Origin: a bacterium
Lineage (GTDB): Bacteria > Auribacterota > UBA3054
Direction of reading: 5' to 3'
Length of the DNA: 51,409 bases
Assembly: GCA_017650925.1 (NCBI GenBank)
Contig: JAGCDY010000072.1
Coordinates: 1 to 51,409 of the forward strand
Positions within the stretch are counted from its first letter, which is position 1. Each line of letters starts with the position of its first letter. Made by a program: the position numbers and the translations under genes. The notes beneath the pieces are model-generated. The model searched no databases. It saw only the letters and a list, made by a program, of their open reading frames with translations, and had not been told where the DNA came from. Positions 25,905-35,882 of the stretch are shown here, one piece after another.

Positions 25905-27083
25905 ATGGAAAAATACCGCGAGCTGGTCGACTATCTGCTTAGCAGCTATCCCAATATCATCAGGCCGGCTTGCGGCGCCATACCCAATCCCTACCTTATT
26001 CCCGGAGGCTTCTATACCCAGCAGTGGGACTGGGATGCCTATTTCATGGCCAACCATCTCTGCAACAGGAAGGAGCCGCGGCCGCAGTATTTGAAGTATT
26101 GGGTGGACAATTTCCTCTCCATCTTCGATCCCAACGAGGACACGCCCGCCTGCGTCAGGGCCGACGAGAAAGTGATCCGCCATCCTTCACTTATCCTGAA
26201 GCCTTTCTTCGCGAGAGGCGCCCTGCGCGCCATGAAGGACAATCACGACGAAGCTTGGGGAAGGGAAGTTTTCCCGAAAGTTGAGAACACGATCCTCCGC
26301 TGGGAAAAGGTAAGACGCGACGAGCCTACGGGACTTTTCTTCTGGTACGATTCCATGATGTCCGGCGCGGACAACAACCCCGCCGTCGGCGACGCTCCCG
26401 AAGACACAAACCAGGTCCTTTCCTGCGACGTCAACGGCTACATTTACGCCGAGTATCTCGCCCTTTCCGAAATGGCGGAGATCCTCGGCTATAAAGAGAA
26501 AGCGGAAGAGAACAGGAAGAAAGCGGAAGCTTTAAAGGAAGCAATCATAAAGCATCTCTATCACGCGGACGAAAACATGTTCTGGAACAGGAGAAGGGAC
26601 GGGAATGTCGTGAGAAGGAACGCTTTCAGCAACTACATTCCTTTGACCTACGGCGTCCTTCCTATTGAGGAGGGCCGCAAGGTCCTTCAAGAGCATCTTA
26701 TGAATAAGAACATGCTCTCACCCTACGGTGTGAGAAGTTTGGCCAAGGACGATCCCAGTTACAACAACGAGTGCATGATCGTTCCGTATTCCAACTGGCA
26801 GGGACCGATATGGGTGGTCGCCAACTATCTTCACATAACTGCGCTCAACCGTTACGGGCTTCATGAGGAAGCGAGGGAAGTGACGAAGAGAGTGGCCGAT
26901 ATTCTTCTAAAGGACCTGCACAACTGCGGCAGCCTGCACGAGAATTACTGCGCCGACTGCGGCGGGGGACTGGCGCCCAACGCCGACATGAACAACGGAA
27001 AGGAGGGCGGCTTCATCAGCTGGAACCTTCTCATTGTCGACATGCTGGAAGAAAACTTCCCGGAGGTTTTCCCGAAAGCCTGA
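25905..27083 (+). CDS. GH63/GH37-like (alpha/alpha)6-barrel glycoside hydrolase; no signal peptide
   Basis: Contains GGFYTQQWDWDAYF, WYDSMMSGADNNP and SPYGVRSL...NWQGPIWVVANYL, which resemble MGH1/trehalase-like six-hairpin glycosidases. Confidence 0.65.
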   Translation: MEKYRELVDYLLSSYPNIIRPACGAIPNPYLIPGGFYTQQWDWDAYFMANHLCNRKEPRPQYLKYWVDNFLSIFDPNEDTPACVRADEKVIRHPSLILKPFFARGALRAMKDNHDEAWGREVFPKVENTILRWEKVRRDEPTGLFFWYDSMMSGADNNPAVGDAPEDTNQVLSCDVNGYIYAEYLALSEMAEILGYKEKAEENRKKAEALKEAIIKHLYHADENMFWNRRRDGNVVRRNAFSNYIPLTYGVLPIEEGRKVLQEHLMNKNMLSPYGVRSLAKDDPSYNNECMIVPYSNWQGPIWVVANYLHITALNRYGLHEEAREVTKRVADILLKDLHNCGSLHENYCADCGGGLAPNADMNNGKEGGFISWNLLIVDMLEENFPEVFPKA

Positions 27084-27085
27084 CG

Positions 27086-27117
27086 AAAAAGCCGCCCTCA
27101 TGTGAGGCGGCTTTTTT
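27086..27117 (+). terminator. Intrinsic terminator
   Basis: AAAAAGCCGCCCTCA-TG-TGAGGCGGCTTTTTT forms a stem with a single-C bulge, followed by a T6 run. Confidence 0.75.
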
Positions 27118-27138
27118 ATTAAAGGGAAGCGTATTTTT

Positions 27139-27147
27139 TGCTAAAAT
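27139..27147 (+). promoter_or_regulatory. Candidate extended -10 promoter (TTTTTTGCTAAAAT)
   Basis: TGCTAAAAT preceded by a T-tract lies 40 nt upstream of the 27187 ATG. The AAGGGA Shine-Dalgarno is at 27177. Confidence 0.45.
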
Positions 27148-27186
27148 ATAGAAGATAACAATAACCTTCCAAAATTAAGGGATCAT

Positions 27187-29133
27187 ATGCAGGCTCTCTT
27201 CGCTTTTCTTGTTTCCATCGGCGTCGCCTTAGGCACGCAGCCTCTTTCCACTTCGACCGTCTTTTCCGACCACATGGTCCTTCAGCAGGGAAAGCCTGTG
27301 GCCGTCTGGGGTCAGGGCACGAAAGGCTCTACCGTTGAAGTGACCTTCATGGACCAGACGAAAAAGACGACCGTTTCAGACGAAGGTTTGTGGAGAGTCG
27401 ACCTTGACCCCATGCCGGTCGTGAGAGAAGGAAAGACGCTGACGATAAAGTCTGATAAAGGCGAAAAACTAGAATACAACGACGTGCTTGTCGGCGAAGT
27501 CTGGTTCTGCTCCGGACAATCCAACATGGAGATGGGCTTGGGCGCCGTTGAGAACGGTGAAGAAGAGATCAAGAACGCCACTGATCCCTTGATCAGAGTC
27601 TTCGAGCCGAAGGTCAGGGCGAGGTATCTAATTGCCACCGACATCGACGCGGATTGGAAAGTCTGTTCCCCGGAAGTCGTGAGGGAAGGAGCCTTCAACG
27701 GTTTCGGCGCCATCGCTTATTTCTTCGCGCAGAGACTGAGAGCCGAGCTGGATGTGCCGGTCGGCGTCATCAACAGCTCTTGGGGCGGCACGCCCATCAG
27801 AGCTTACATTCCGCCCGAGATCTTTGACGAATATCCAGAGGTCAAAGGCAATTCCGACACCTTCTACAGAGAGAGGAAAGAGTACCTTGACAGAGCCAGG
27901 TGGTTCGTTCAGAGCTCCCAGACCTGGATCAACGGGCTGAAAGGCAAACTCGCCTCCGGACACAATGAGATCAAATACCCGCCCTCCTTCCCGGAAGACC
28001 CCGGTTCGAGCGACCCCTGCGCCATCTACAACGCCATGATCGCCCCCTTGGTTCCCTACACCATAAAAGGCTTCCTTTGGTACCAGGGCGAATACGAAGT
28101 CATTGAGCGCGCCTGCGCCCGCGCGTATTACTACAAGATGCACGCTCTCGTGGAAGGCTGGCGCAAAATTTGGGGCGAGGAACTGCCCTTCTATTACGTC
28201 CAAATAGCCCCCTGGGCGCACTCGGGGGTCTACCAGAACAGGCCCGACATCATAGACGCCCAAATGAAGGCCCTGGACATCCCCAAGACCGGCATAGCGC
28301 TTAGCTACGATCTCGTCGATGATCTCGGCGACATCCATCCTAAGAAGAAGCGCCAGCTGACCGAGAGGCTCTCTAACCTCGCGCTCAAGGAAGTCTACGG
28401 CTATGAGGATCTGAAGCCCTACAGCCCCGTTATGGAAAAAGTCGTACTTGGCAGCGCGGAAGCGAAAGTCTATTTCAGCAACGTTTACGACGGGCTGAAG
28501 ACTTCGGACGGCAACGATCCCGACCTTTTCAAGGTCGCGGGTCCCGACGGCAAGTTCGTTCCTGCCGCGGCGGAGATTTCAGGCTCCAATGTCGTCACAC
28601 TTACGAGCGCCGAGCTTCCCGAGATCAAGTACGTGAGCTACGGCAGAGGTCTGACCGATCAGCCGAACTTAAGAAACAGCGAAGGTCTGCCGGCCAGCAT
28701 CTTCACGACCTACGACGCAAGGGTCAAAAATCTGGCTTATCATCAGCCTGTTGAAGCGGAATGCTACCTCGACTGCGACGGCTATTATCTGACGGACGGC
28801 CTCATAAACCGCCACAACGGCTGGGAAAGCTACAAGAAGAACGAAGGCGAAGCCATCGTTAAGATGAAGGAGCCCAAGGAAGCCGACACGGTCGTCCTTT
28901 ATCCCTTCAGCGACGGCAAGGACTGGCAGCGCTTTATCGTCAGCGTAAAAGGATCTGACGGCGAATGGAAGGAAGTCGGCAAAAAGGACGACTACAAAGC
29001 CACGCAGGAAAAATACGTCTATAAATTCAACAGGCAGGAAGTGAGCGAAATCAAGCTCCAGTGCATCCAGACCTTGAACTGGCAGCGCTCCCGCTTTAAC
29101 GAAATACAGCTTTACGACGGTTATGAGGAATAA
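27187..29133 (+). CDS. Secreted sialate O-acetylesterase (SASA family) with a C-terminal discoidin-like domain
   Basis: A signal peptide is present. Contains GEVWFCSGQSNME and SSWGGTPI. It is collinear along its length with 6094-8109. Confidence 0.75.
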   Translation: MQALFAFLVSIGVALGTQPLSTSTVFSDHMVLQQGKPVAVWGQGTKGSTVEVTFMDQTKKTTVSDEGLWRVDLDPMPVVREGKTLTIKSDKGEKLEYNDVLVGEVWFCSGQSNMEMGLGAVENGEEEIKNATDPLIRVFEPKVRARYLIATDIDADWKVCSPEVVREGAFNGFGAIAYFFAQRLRAELDVPVGVINSSWGGTPIRAYIPPEIFDEYPEVKGNSDTFYRERKEYLDRARWFVQSSQTWINGLKGKLASGHNEIKYPPSFPEDPGSSDPCAIYNAMIAPLVPYTIKGFLWYQGEYEVIERACARAYYYKMHALVEGWRKIWGEELPFYYVQIAPWAHSGVYQNRPDIIDAQMKALDIPKTGIALSYDLVDDLGDIHPKKKRQLTERLSNLALKEVYGYEDLKPYSPVMEKVVLGSAEAKVYFSNVYDGLKTSDGNDPDLFKVAGPDGKFVPAAAEISGSNVVTLTSAELPEIKYVSYGRGLTDQPNLRNSEGLPASIFTTYDARVKNLAYHQPVEAECYLDCDGYYLTDGLINRHNGWESYKKNEGEAIVKMKEPKEADTVVLYPFSDGKDWQRFIVSVKGSDGEWKEVGKKDDYKATQEKYVYKFNRQEVSEIKLQCIQTLNWQRSRFNEIQLYDGYEE

Positions 29134-29920
29134 GTTTTTTCTTCTCGTTTTCTTACTTCCCCTCTGCGCACTAGGCAGCGAAGTTCCCACGCGCGCGGAT
29201 TTCGATCCGGCCAGCCTGCTTGAGAAAGCCGAAGCCAAGAAGCCTCCCATGAAGGCCCCCGCGCAGGAACCAATGCGCATGCCCAAACCGGTCGCTCCTC
29301 CCGAGGGCGCGGAGGAAGTCTCCGCCAATTACCCCAACGGCAATCTTCTGGTCCACGGCTTCACCATCAAGGACAAGAAGGTCGGCTACTGGTATTTCTT
29401 CCATCCGAACACTAGGATCAAAGCCGAGGGCGAGATGAAAAACGATCTCAGAGTCGGCTTCTGGGTCTACTACCACGAGAACGGCAAACGCTCATCGGAA
29501 GGCGAGTTCGACGAAGCCGGCAAGGCAAGCGGCGAGTGGAAGCGCTATCACGTTAACGGCGTGCTCGCTGGCACCGGCTCCTACCGCGACGGAAAAGAGG
29601 AAGGACTCTGGACCCAGTACAACACCAACGGCTATTTGGCCGCGACCACCATCTACAGAGGGGGACGCCAGGAGGGTGTCTGCTACATGTACGCGCCGGA
29701 CGGCTCCGTAATTTCCAAAGGCAATTACGAAAAGGGCGAGCGCTGCGGTATCTGGGAGCTGCACGACCCCGAGAACGGTTCGGAACTGAAGGGCGAGATG
29801 AAGGGCGGACTGCGCGTGGGCGAGTGGGAAATGAAAGACAACGCCAACAAACTGACGGTCAGATTCCAGTATGACGAGAAAGGTCAGATGAAGAGCGCCG
29901 TTACCAACCGCTGGGAATAA
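29123..29920 (+). CDS. Secreted MORN-variant repeat protein (YwqK-like repeats)
   Basis: Signal peptide MRNKFFLLVFLLPLCALG. The G-x-W-x-x-Y/F-x-x-N-G repeat pattern recurs (GYWYFFHPNT, GFWVYYHENG, GEWKRYHVNG, GLWTQYNTNG, GIWELHDPENG). Confidence 0.6.
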   Translation: MRNKFFLLVFLLPLCALGSEVPTRADFDPASLLEKAEAKKPPMKAPAQEPMRMPKPVAPPEGAEEVSANYPNGNLLVHGFTIKDKKVGYWYFFHPNTRIKAEGEMKNDLRVGFWVYYHENGKRSSEGEFDEAGKASGEWKRYHVNGVLAGTGSYRDGKEEGLWTQYNTNGYLAATTIYRGGRQEGVCYMYAPDGSVISKGNYEKGERCGIWELHDPENGSELKGEMKGGLRVGEWEMKDNANKLTVRFQYDEKGQMKSAVTNRWE

Positions 29921-29922
29921 GC

Positions 29923-31278
29923 ATGCGAAATTTACTGCTTTTACTTTTAATCATCTGGACGGGAACTTCCATGGCAGTTTTCACCAACTACGTCGCCGAC
30001 ACGGAAAAAGTCGTGAACGGCGAATTTTCTAAAGAGCTTCAGGAAAAATATTACAACGCGGCTTTCGAGATCGCGCGCAAAAAAATGAGGGAGGGCGAGG
30101 AGGCCCTCAAGAGGAATCCCCCGAAAAGGGAGATCCTGCCCCGTTTGGCCACGGGAGGCGGCTTCTCGGGCCTTTTCGTCTGGGACACCTGCTTCTGCGT
30201 CATGTGGGCCAAGTACGACATGACGCTCCCGGTCACGACCTCGCTGGACAACTTCTACAATCTGCAGACCGAGGACGGCGCCATCTGCCGCGAATTCAGC
30301 TATGACGGCAAGCCGGCCTGGAACGGCTGCCATCCCATTTCCTGGAACCCGCCGCTTTTGTCCTGGGCCGAGTGGGAGCTCTACTCCAATGGCAAGACAG
30401 GGAAGGAACGTCTTAAAAAAGTTTATCCCTCCCTGAAGAAGTTCTATCTCTTCTGCGAAAAGACTTACCGCCAGCCGGACGGCCTCTACTTCGGCGACGC
30501 CTTGGGCTGCGGCATGGACAACCTTCCCAGAATGCCGGAGAATTGGAAGGACGACATCGAGAGCGGCATCAAGTTCAAGCCGGAGTACTGGCTCCTTGAC
30601 AATCATTTCGGCAAGGCGGTGGCTGGGAACCCGCTCTACTCCTGGAACAAGCAGATGGACTGGATCGACATGAGCTCTCAGATGGCCCTGAACGCTTTGT
30701 GCATGAGCCGTATCGCGGAAGTGATCGAGCTTCCCGAGGACGCCAAGGAATTCAAAGAACGCCACGCCGCCCTGAAGAAAGCCATCAACGAATTGTGCTA
30801 CGATCCGGAATTGGGCTTCTACTTCGACAGCTATAAAGGAAAGCCTATCCCGCGCTACCACGTCGGATCGCTCTGGGTGCTCGTCGCCCAGGTCGTTCCG
30901 CCCGAACGTTTGCCGGGAATCATCAAGGTCCTGATGGACGAAAAGATCTTCAACCGCCCGGTGCCTTTCCCGTGTCTTCCGCCCTGCGAAACTCCCTACG
31001 AACCGGAGACAGGCTACTGGCTCGGCTCCAACTGGCCCTGCACGACTTATATGGCCCTGAGAGGCCTTAAAGAGAACGGAGCGGTCAAAGAGGCGAAATA
31101 TTTCGCCAAGCGCTATTACAACGCCTGCCTCAATCTCTTTTTGAAGACCGGCACGGTCTGGGAGAACATCTCTCCCGAGCAGTGCCTGGAACCGAAGAAG
31201 GCCGGAGCGGGAAGCGATTTCGCCGGCTGGGGCAATCTGACGCCGATCGCCGTTTACAAGGAATTCATAGAGGAGTGA
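29923..31278 (+). CDS. Secreted GH63-like (alpha/alpha)6-barrel glycoside hydrolase
   Basis: A signal peptide is present. Contains GGGFSGLFVWDTCF, GCGMDNLPR and YWLGSNWPCTTYMALRGL. Confidence 0.6.
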   Translation: MRNLLLLLLIIWTGTSMAVFTNYVADTEKVVNGEFSKELQEKYYNAAFEIARKKMREGEEALKRNPPKREILPRLATGGGFSGLFVWDTCFCVMWAKYDMTLPVTTSLDNFYNLQTEDGAICREFSYDGKPAWNGCHPISWNPPLLSWAEWELYSNGKTGKERLKKVYPSLKKFYLFCEKTYRQPDGLYFGDALGCGMDNLPRMPENWKDDIESGIKFKPEYWLLDNHFGKAVAGNPLYSWNKQMDWIDMSSQMALNALCMSRIAEVIELPEDAKEFKERHAALKKAINELCYDPELGFYFDSYKGKPIPRYHVGSLWVLVAQVVPPERLPGIIKVLMDEKIFNRPVPFPCLPPCETPYEPETGYWLGSNWPCTTYMALRGLKENGAVKEAKYFAKRYYNACLNLFLKTGTVWENISPEQCLEPKKAGAGSDFAGWGNLTPIAVYKEFIEE

Positions 31279-31279
31279 C

Positions 31280-32356
31280 ATGAGAAAATTCATAAAAGAA
31301 TTGCGCGAAGGGGACAGAGTTGACGATTTTTTCGTGGTCTTGCAAAGAGAGAAAAGGGAAGCCAAGAACGGCAACCCGTATCTGAGCGTCGCGTTTTCAG
31401 ACGCTTCCGGGACCATCGGCTCCACTATTTTCGATGATGTGGAACGACTTTTTGTCGTGCTCGAGCCGAACACCATCGCCAAAGTTACGGGCAGCGTCTC
31501 TTCCAGAGAGGGCAAAGCGCAGCTGAAGATCTTCGACGCCCGCACCGTCACGGAAAACGACGAAATCGATTTTTCCGCTCTGCGCCCGGTCTCTCCCTAC
31601 GACCGCAAGGCGATGTTCGCGGAATTGGAAAGCTACCGCGCGAAAGTGAAGGATCCCTTCGTCGCGAAGCTTCTGGCCTCTTTCTTCGAAGACGCTGAAT
31701 TTGTCAAGGAATTCAAGACGCACACCGCCGCCAAGGCCATGCACCACGCGACCGTGGGCGGGCTTTTAGAGCACACCTTGGGCGTCGTCAGATTGGCCGA
31801 CGCTTTCAGCGACCTCTACCCGAAACTGGACCGCGACCTTATGATCGCGGGCGCCATGCTTCACGACATCGGAAAACTCTATGAGATGGGCGGCTTCGTC
31901 GCTACGGAATACACGACCGCGGGGCGCCTTTTGGGCCACATCGTAATCGGCAGCGAACTAGTTGGCAAAGCCTGCGACAAAATTGAAGGCTTCCCGGAAA
32001 GCTTAAAACTTCAGCTGCAGCATATAATAGTGAGCCACCACGGCAAGCAGGAATTCGGCTCTCCCTGCCTTCCCCAGACGCCGGAAGCGATGGCCCTCTT
32101 CAGGGCCGACGAATTCGACTCCCACATTTTCCAGGCTTTCCGCGCCATATCAGATGAGAGCGAACAGCCGGGCGACTTCACCGCCAGGGTGAAGGGACTC
32201 GACACCGCGCTCTATAAAACGGAAGCGGCCAAGGGAAGCGGACTTTATTCCATGGCCTTCCCGGAAGGCGGCAAAATAGAGGAGCCTTCCCCAAAAGAAA
32301 AAGAGCCGGAAGTCCAAACATCCTCACCAAGGCAGGAAGACCTTTTAAGTTTATGA
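31280..32356 (+). CDS. yhaM: OB-fold plus HD-domain 3'-5' exoribonuclease, YhaM-like
   Basis: An N-terminal OB fold is present (REGDRVDDFFVV...NGNPYLSVAFSDASGTI). HD motifs follow (HHATVGGLLEHT, LHDIGK). Confidence 0.75.
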   Translation: MRKFIKELREGDRVDDFFVVLQREKREAKNGNPYLSVAFSDASGTIGSTIFDDVERLFVVLEPNTIAKVTGSVSSREGKAQLKIFDARTVTENDEIDFSALRPVSPYDRKAMFAELESYRAKVKDPFVAKLLASFFEDAEFVKEFKTHTAAKAMHHATVGGLLEHTLGVVRLADAFSDLYPKLDRDLMIAGAMLHDIGKLYEMGGFVATEYTTAGRLLGHIVIGSELVGKACDKIEGFPESLKLQLQHIIVSHHGKQEFGSPCLPQTPEAMALFRADEFDSHIFQAFRAISDESEQPGDFTARVKGLDTALYKTEAAKGSGLYSMAFPEGGKIEEPSPKEKEPEVQTSSPRQEDLLSL

Positions 32357-33363
32357 AAATTGCGGTTGCGATAAGCGGCGGAGTCGACTCCGCGGTCAGC
32401 GCCCTGCTTTTGAAAGAGGCCGGGCACGACGTTTTGCTCTGTCACTTTTTGATGAGCGACGCGGGAAGTTTGGGAGCGGAGGACGCCAAGCGCGTGGCCG
32501 AGCATCTCAAGCTGCCCTTTTTTCTCCTCGACCTTAGGAGCGAATTCGAAAGCTGCGTCGTCAAGCCTTTCATAGATGAGTATCTTTTCGCGCGTACGCC
32601 GAACCCTTGCGTCAACTGCAACCCGAATTTCAAATTCAAAAACCTGATCGCTTTTGCAGACAGGGAAAGCTGCGATAAAGTTGCCACCGGACATTACGCC
32701 GTCGTAAAGGACGGCCGTCTCTTCCAGGCGAAGAACATAAAAAAAGACCAGTCGTACTTCCTTTCCCGGCTCTTTCCCGAGCAAATAAGAAGGATCGTCT
32801 TCCCGCTCGGGGAGTACGTTAAAGAGGAAGTGAGGCGGATCGCGGGCGAAAAAGGCATCCCGGTGGCCGCCAAGCATGACAGCCAGGAGATCTGCTTCAT
32901 TCCCGGCGACGACTACGAAGCTTTCCTGAGGGAGAGAGAGCCGGGATCGTTCGTTCCCGGTGACATCGTAGACACCGAAGGGAACGTCGTAGGGGAGCAC
33001 GTCGGCCTTCCCTCCTACACCATCGGGCAGAGGAAAAAGATAGGCGCCCATTTGGTCAGAAAATACGTCGTCAGGATCGACAAGGAAAATAACAGCGTCG
33101 TAATAGGCGGCAACGAAGACCTGGAGCAGAAAATCGTGACGCTAAGCGACACGCGCTGGCTGGTTAAGCCCGAATCAGAGACCTTCGAGGCGGAGGCCAA
33201 GATAAGATCCGTAAGCACTCCCAAAAAGTGCCTTGTCAGAGTCCTCCCGGAAGGCCAAACAGAACTGGAATTCGCCCTTCCGGAGCGGGCCGCGGCCGCC
33301 GGCCAGGCCGGCGTCATCTACCGTTCCGGCGAAGTTCTGGGAGCGGGTATCATAACGATCTGA
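32353..33363 (+). CDS. mnmA: tRNA-specific 2-thiouridylase
   Basis: The PP-loop reads AISGGVDSAV. Also contains NPCVNCN and KDQSYFL. There is an ATGA overlap with yhaM. Confidence 0.9.
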   Translation: MKIAVAISGGVDSAVSALLLKEAGHDVLLCHFLMSDAGSLGAEDAKRVAEHLKLPFFLLDLRSEFESCVVKPFIDEYLFARTPNPCVNCNPNFKFKNLIAFADRESCDKVATGHYAVVKDGRLFQAKNIKKDQSYFLSRLFPEQIRRIVFPLGEYVKEEVRRIAGEKGIPVAAKHDSQEICFIPGDDYEAFLREREPGSFVPGDIVDTEGNVVGEHVGLPSYTIGQRKKIGAHLVRKYVVRIDKENNSVVIGGNEDLEQKIVTLSDTRWLVKPESETFEAEAKIRSVSTPKKCLVRVLPEGQTELEFALPERAAAAGQAGVIYRSGEVLGAGIITI

Positions 33364-33367
33364 TTTT

Positions 33368-33376
33368 TGCTAAAAT
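33368..33376 (+). promoter_or_regulatory. Candidate extended -10 promoter (TTTTTGCTAAAAT) of panB
   Basis: The motif is identical to those at 27139 and 41924. It lies 39 nt upstream of the panB ATG. Confidence 0.4.
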
Positions 33377-33414
33377 AAATATTCTCAAAACTAGTAGAAT
33401 TTTATTTTGCAAAA

Positions 33415-34203
33415 ATGAGTTGCTTAAAGAAACTTAGAGAAAAATATCTCGCGGGCGAGAAACTGGTCTTCCTGACCGGTTACGACGCCCTGATGGCTGA
33501 TATCCTGGCGGAAGCCGGCGTCGACTTTATATTGGTCGGCGACTCGCTTTCCAACGTCATCGCCGGATACGACAGCACGCTGCCCATTACGATGGAGCAG
33601 ATGCTCTGGCACACCCAGATGACCGTGCGCGGAGCCAAAGGCGTTCCCGTTGTGGCCGACATGCCGTTTTTGTCCTACGAGGTCAGCGTCGAGCAGGCTC
33701 TCATCAACGCCGGGCGCTTCATCAAGGAAGGCGGCGCCGCGGCGGTGAAGCTCGAAGGCGGAACATCCGCCGAGCCTGTCATCAAGGCTTTGACGGAAGC
33801 CCACATTCCGGTCTGCGGACACGTCGGCCTTCAGCCCCAGTCCGTTCTGACGCTGGGCGGCTATTCCGTCCAGGGCAAAAGCAAGGACGACGCCGAAAGG
33901 ATCAAAAGGGACGCCCTGGCCGTCCAGGAAGCGGGCGCTTTCGCGGTCGTCCTTGAGATGATCCCCTCCAAGCTCGCGGCCGAGATAACGGATATGCTCA
34001 GCATTCCGACGATCGGTATCGGCGCCGGTCCGCATTGCTCGGGCCAGGTTTTGGTCACTCATGACCTTCTCGGTTTCAACGAAAGGAAGCTCAAAATTGC
34101 CAAACGTTACGCTGAAATGCGCGAAGTCGCTTTATCCGCCCTCAAGAGTTATGTCAGCGATGTGAAGAAGGGGGCGACGCCTTCCGAGGAGAATTCTTTC
34201 TAA
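33415..34203 (+). CDS. panB: 3-methyl-2-oxobutanoate hydroxymethyltransferase
   Basis: Contains LTGYDALMADILAEAGVDFILVGDSL, VADMPF and GHVGLQPQ. Confidence 0.92.
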   Translation: MSCLKKLREKYLAGEKLVFLTGYDALMADILAEAGVDFILVGDSLSNVIAGYDSTLPITMEQMLWHTQMTVRGAKGVPVVADMPFLSYEVSVEQALINAGRFIKEGGAAAVKLEGGTSAEPVIKALTEAHIPVCGHVGLQPQSVLTLGGYSVQGKSKDDAERIKRDALAVQEAGAFAVVLEMIPSKLAAEITDMLSIPTIGIGAGPHCSGQVLVTHDLLGFNERKLKIAKRYAEMREVALSALKSYVSDVKKGATPSEENSF

Positions 34204-35864
34204 TGAAAAAACTGGCTTTCGCTTTATTCATAATGATCTGCGTAGGCGCTTTCATGCTGGTCTCGGCCTGCCGGGATTCCGCCTCCAACCTTAAGAGCTC
34301 GCTGGACGAAGCCCAGAGGGCTATCAATCTGGGCGACTACGGCAGAGCCCAGCAGATCTACTACGAGCTGAAACAGAAATTCCCGGAAGAGCAGAAGATC
34401 CGCCTAGGATTGGGCTACTGCTATCTGAAGCAGAACCACGACGAGTACGCCGGCGGCGAGTTCTCGAAAGTATTGGCGCTTTCCCAGCAGACGAACGGCC
34501 TTGCCTGGATGGGCCTGGGCGCCTATTACCAGCGCCTGAGGAAATCCGAGGAAGCGAGGATCTGCCTCGAGAACGCCGTTTTCTGCATGCCCGACAACAA
34601 GGAGGCTCTCTGCGACCTCGGCAACGCCTACTTCCGCCAGGGCGACTATGAGAAGGCGGCGGACGCTTACATCAAGGCGATCAAGGCCGGGGACACCAGG
34701 GGCGAATTGTACGCCGTCATCGGCAACTGCTACAAGCGCGCCAAGAACTGGCGCGAGGCCGTGCGCTATCTCGAGAAAGCCGGCGCCGAGCTCCCGAAGA
34801 ACAAGAAGATCCCGCTGCAGCTCGCCTACATTTACCGCGAGAATTTCGACGACCCCGTGAAGGCGGCCGACAGTTTCAGGAAATACGCCGAACTCGATCC
34901 CCAGGGCGCCAGGGCGCTCTATACGACTTTCAGGCTGCCTGAAAAGAACGTGGAGGAAGAGGAGCCCGAGAAGAAGGAAGGCGCCGCTTCCGTGACGATA
35001 GTCGACAAGCCCGATCCGCCCCCGGAAGAGGTCGATCCCAAGACCAAGGCCAAGGCTGACGCCGACACCTTCGAGCACGACGGCAGGCTCTGCCGCCTGG
35101 AAGGGAAGATGAAGGAAGCCATCAAAAATTACGAGAAGGCCCTGAAGGCCGACCCAGCCAGAGGCTACCTCTACGGCGAAATTGGCGACATCTACTCCAC
35201 GGAATTCCAGGATGAGGAACTCCTGAACGCCCTGAGAAGCTACCAGTCCTACGCGACCTGGTGCCAGAAGGACAGCGAGGCTTTCGCCGCCGCCAACCAG
35301 AAGGTCAAGGAGATCCAGGCCCGCTACAACCAGGCCGAGACTCAGCTGAGGCAGATGCGCGAGAAAGAGGAGGAAGCCAAGAAGCTGGCCCAGAAGGAGG
35401 AGGAGGAGAGGAAGCAGGCCCTCGAGAAAGACGTCGAGCAGAAGCTTTCCCAAGCCAAATCCTACGATCAGCTCCTGGCGGAAGGCACGCGCTTCATGAA
35501 CCAGAACAAATATGAGGAAGCCCGCGACGTCCTGCAGAAGGCGGTCGCCATGAACGATGACGATTACAGGGCCTACTATCAGCTCGGTCTGAACGCCTTC
35601 ACCCAGATAAAGGGCGGAGGCGACGAGAACATGAACAGAGCCAGATGCGAGGAAGCCATCCAGTATTTCGACGTCGTCACGGAAAAGAAAGGCACGTACC
35701 CCAACAGCTACGCCTTGAAAGGCGTGGCCTATGAGCTGCTCGGACAGGAAGAGAAGGCTCTGGAGAACTTCTCCTACTATCTGGAACTCGTCGATGAAAA
35801 CGACAACTCAACCCTCACAAAGCAAGTTACCGCCCGTTATCAGAGACTGGCGGGCGCTCGTTAA
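34203..35864 (+). CDS. TPR-repeat lipoprotein
   Basis: The lipobox is MLVSAC. Multiple TPR units are present (A..Y..AL..DP pattern). There is a central acidic/Pro-rich linker and a coiled-coil segment. The start overlaps the panB stop as TAATG. Confidence 0.7.
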   Translation: MKKLAFALFIMICVGAFMLVSACRDSASNLKSSLDEAQRAINLGDYGRAQQIYYELKQKFPEEQKIRLGLGYCYLKQNHDEYAGGEFSKVLALSQQTNGLAWMGLGAYYQRLRKSEEARICLENAVFCMPDNKEALCDLGNAYFRQGDYEKAADAYIKAIKAGDTRGELYAVIGNCYKRAKNWREAVRYLEKAGAELPKNKKIPLQLAYIYRENFDDPVKAADSFRKYAELDPQGARALYTTFRLPEKNVEEEEPEKKEGAASVTIVDKPDPPPEEVDPKTKAKADADTFEHDGRLCRLEGKMKEAIKNYEKALKADPARGYLYGEIGDIYSTEFQDEELLNALRSYQSYATWCQKDSEAFAAANQKVKEIQARYNQAETQLRQMREKEEEAKKLAQKEEEERKQALEKDVEQKLSQAKSYDQLLAEGTRFMNQNKYEEARDVLQKAVAMNDDDYRAYYQLGLNAFTQIKGGGDENMNRARCEEAIQYFDVVTEKKGTYPNSYALKGVAYELLGQEEKALENFSYYLELVDENDNSTLTKQVTARYQRLAGAR

Positions 35865-35882
35865 GCCAAAAGAGGAAACAAT

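Noticed and set aside
23493-26183. An 896-aa ORF on the minus strand, the second-longest ORF in the track.
   Set aside because: It lies antisense to the lptD-like gene over almost its whole length. Its composition is extremely rich in V, G, A, R, D and L with no recognisable motif, which is typical of a shadow frame in GC-rich coding DNA. The plus-strand frame has a signal peptide and OstA-like features.
29123-29920. Labelling the MORN/YwqK-like repeat protein as a toxin-antitoxin antitoxin, as automated pipelines often do.
   Set aside because: It has a cleavable signal peptide and no adjacent toxin gene. It sits inside a secreted-enzyme operon. The repeat type alone does not support a TA role.
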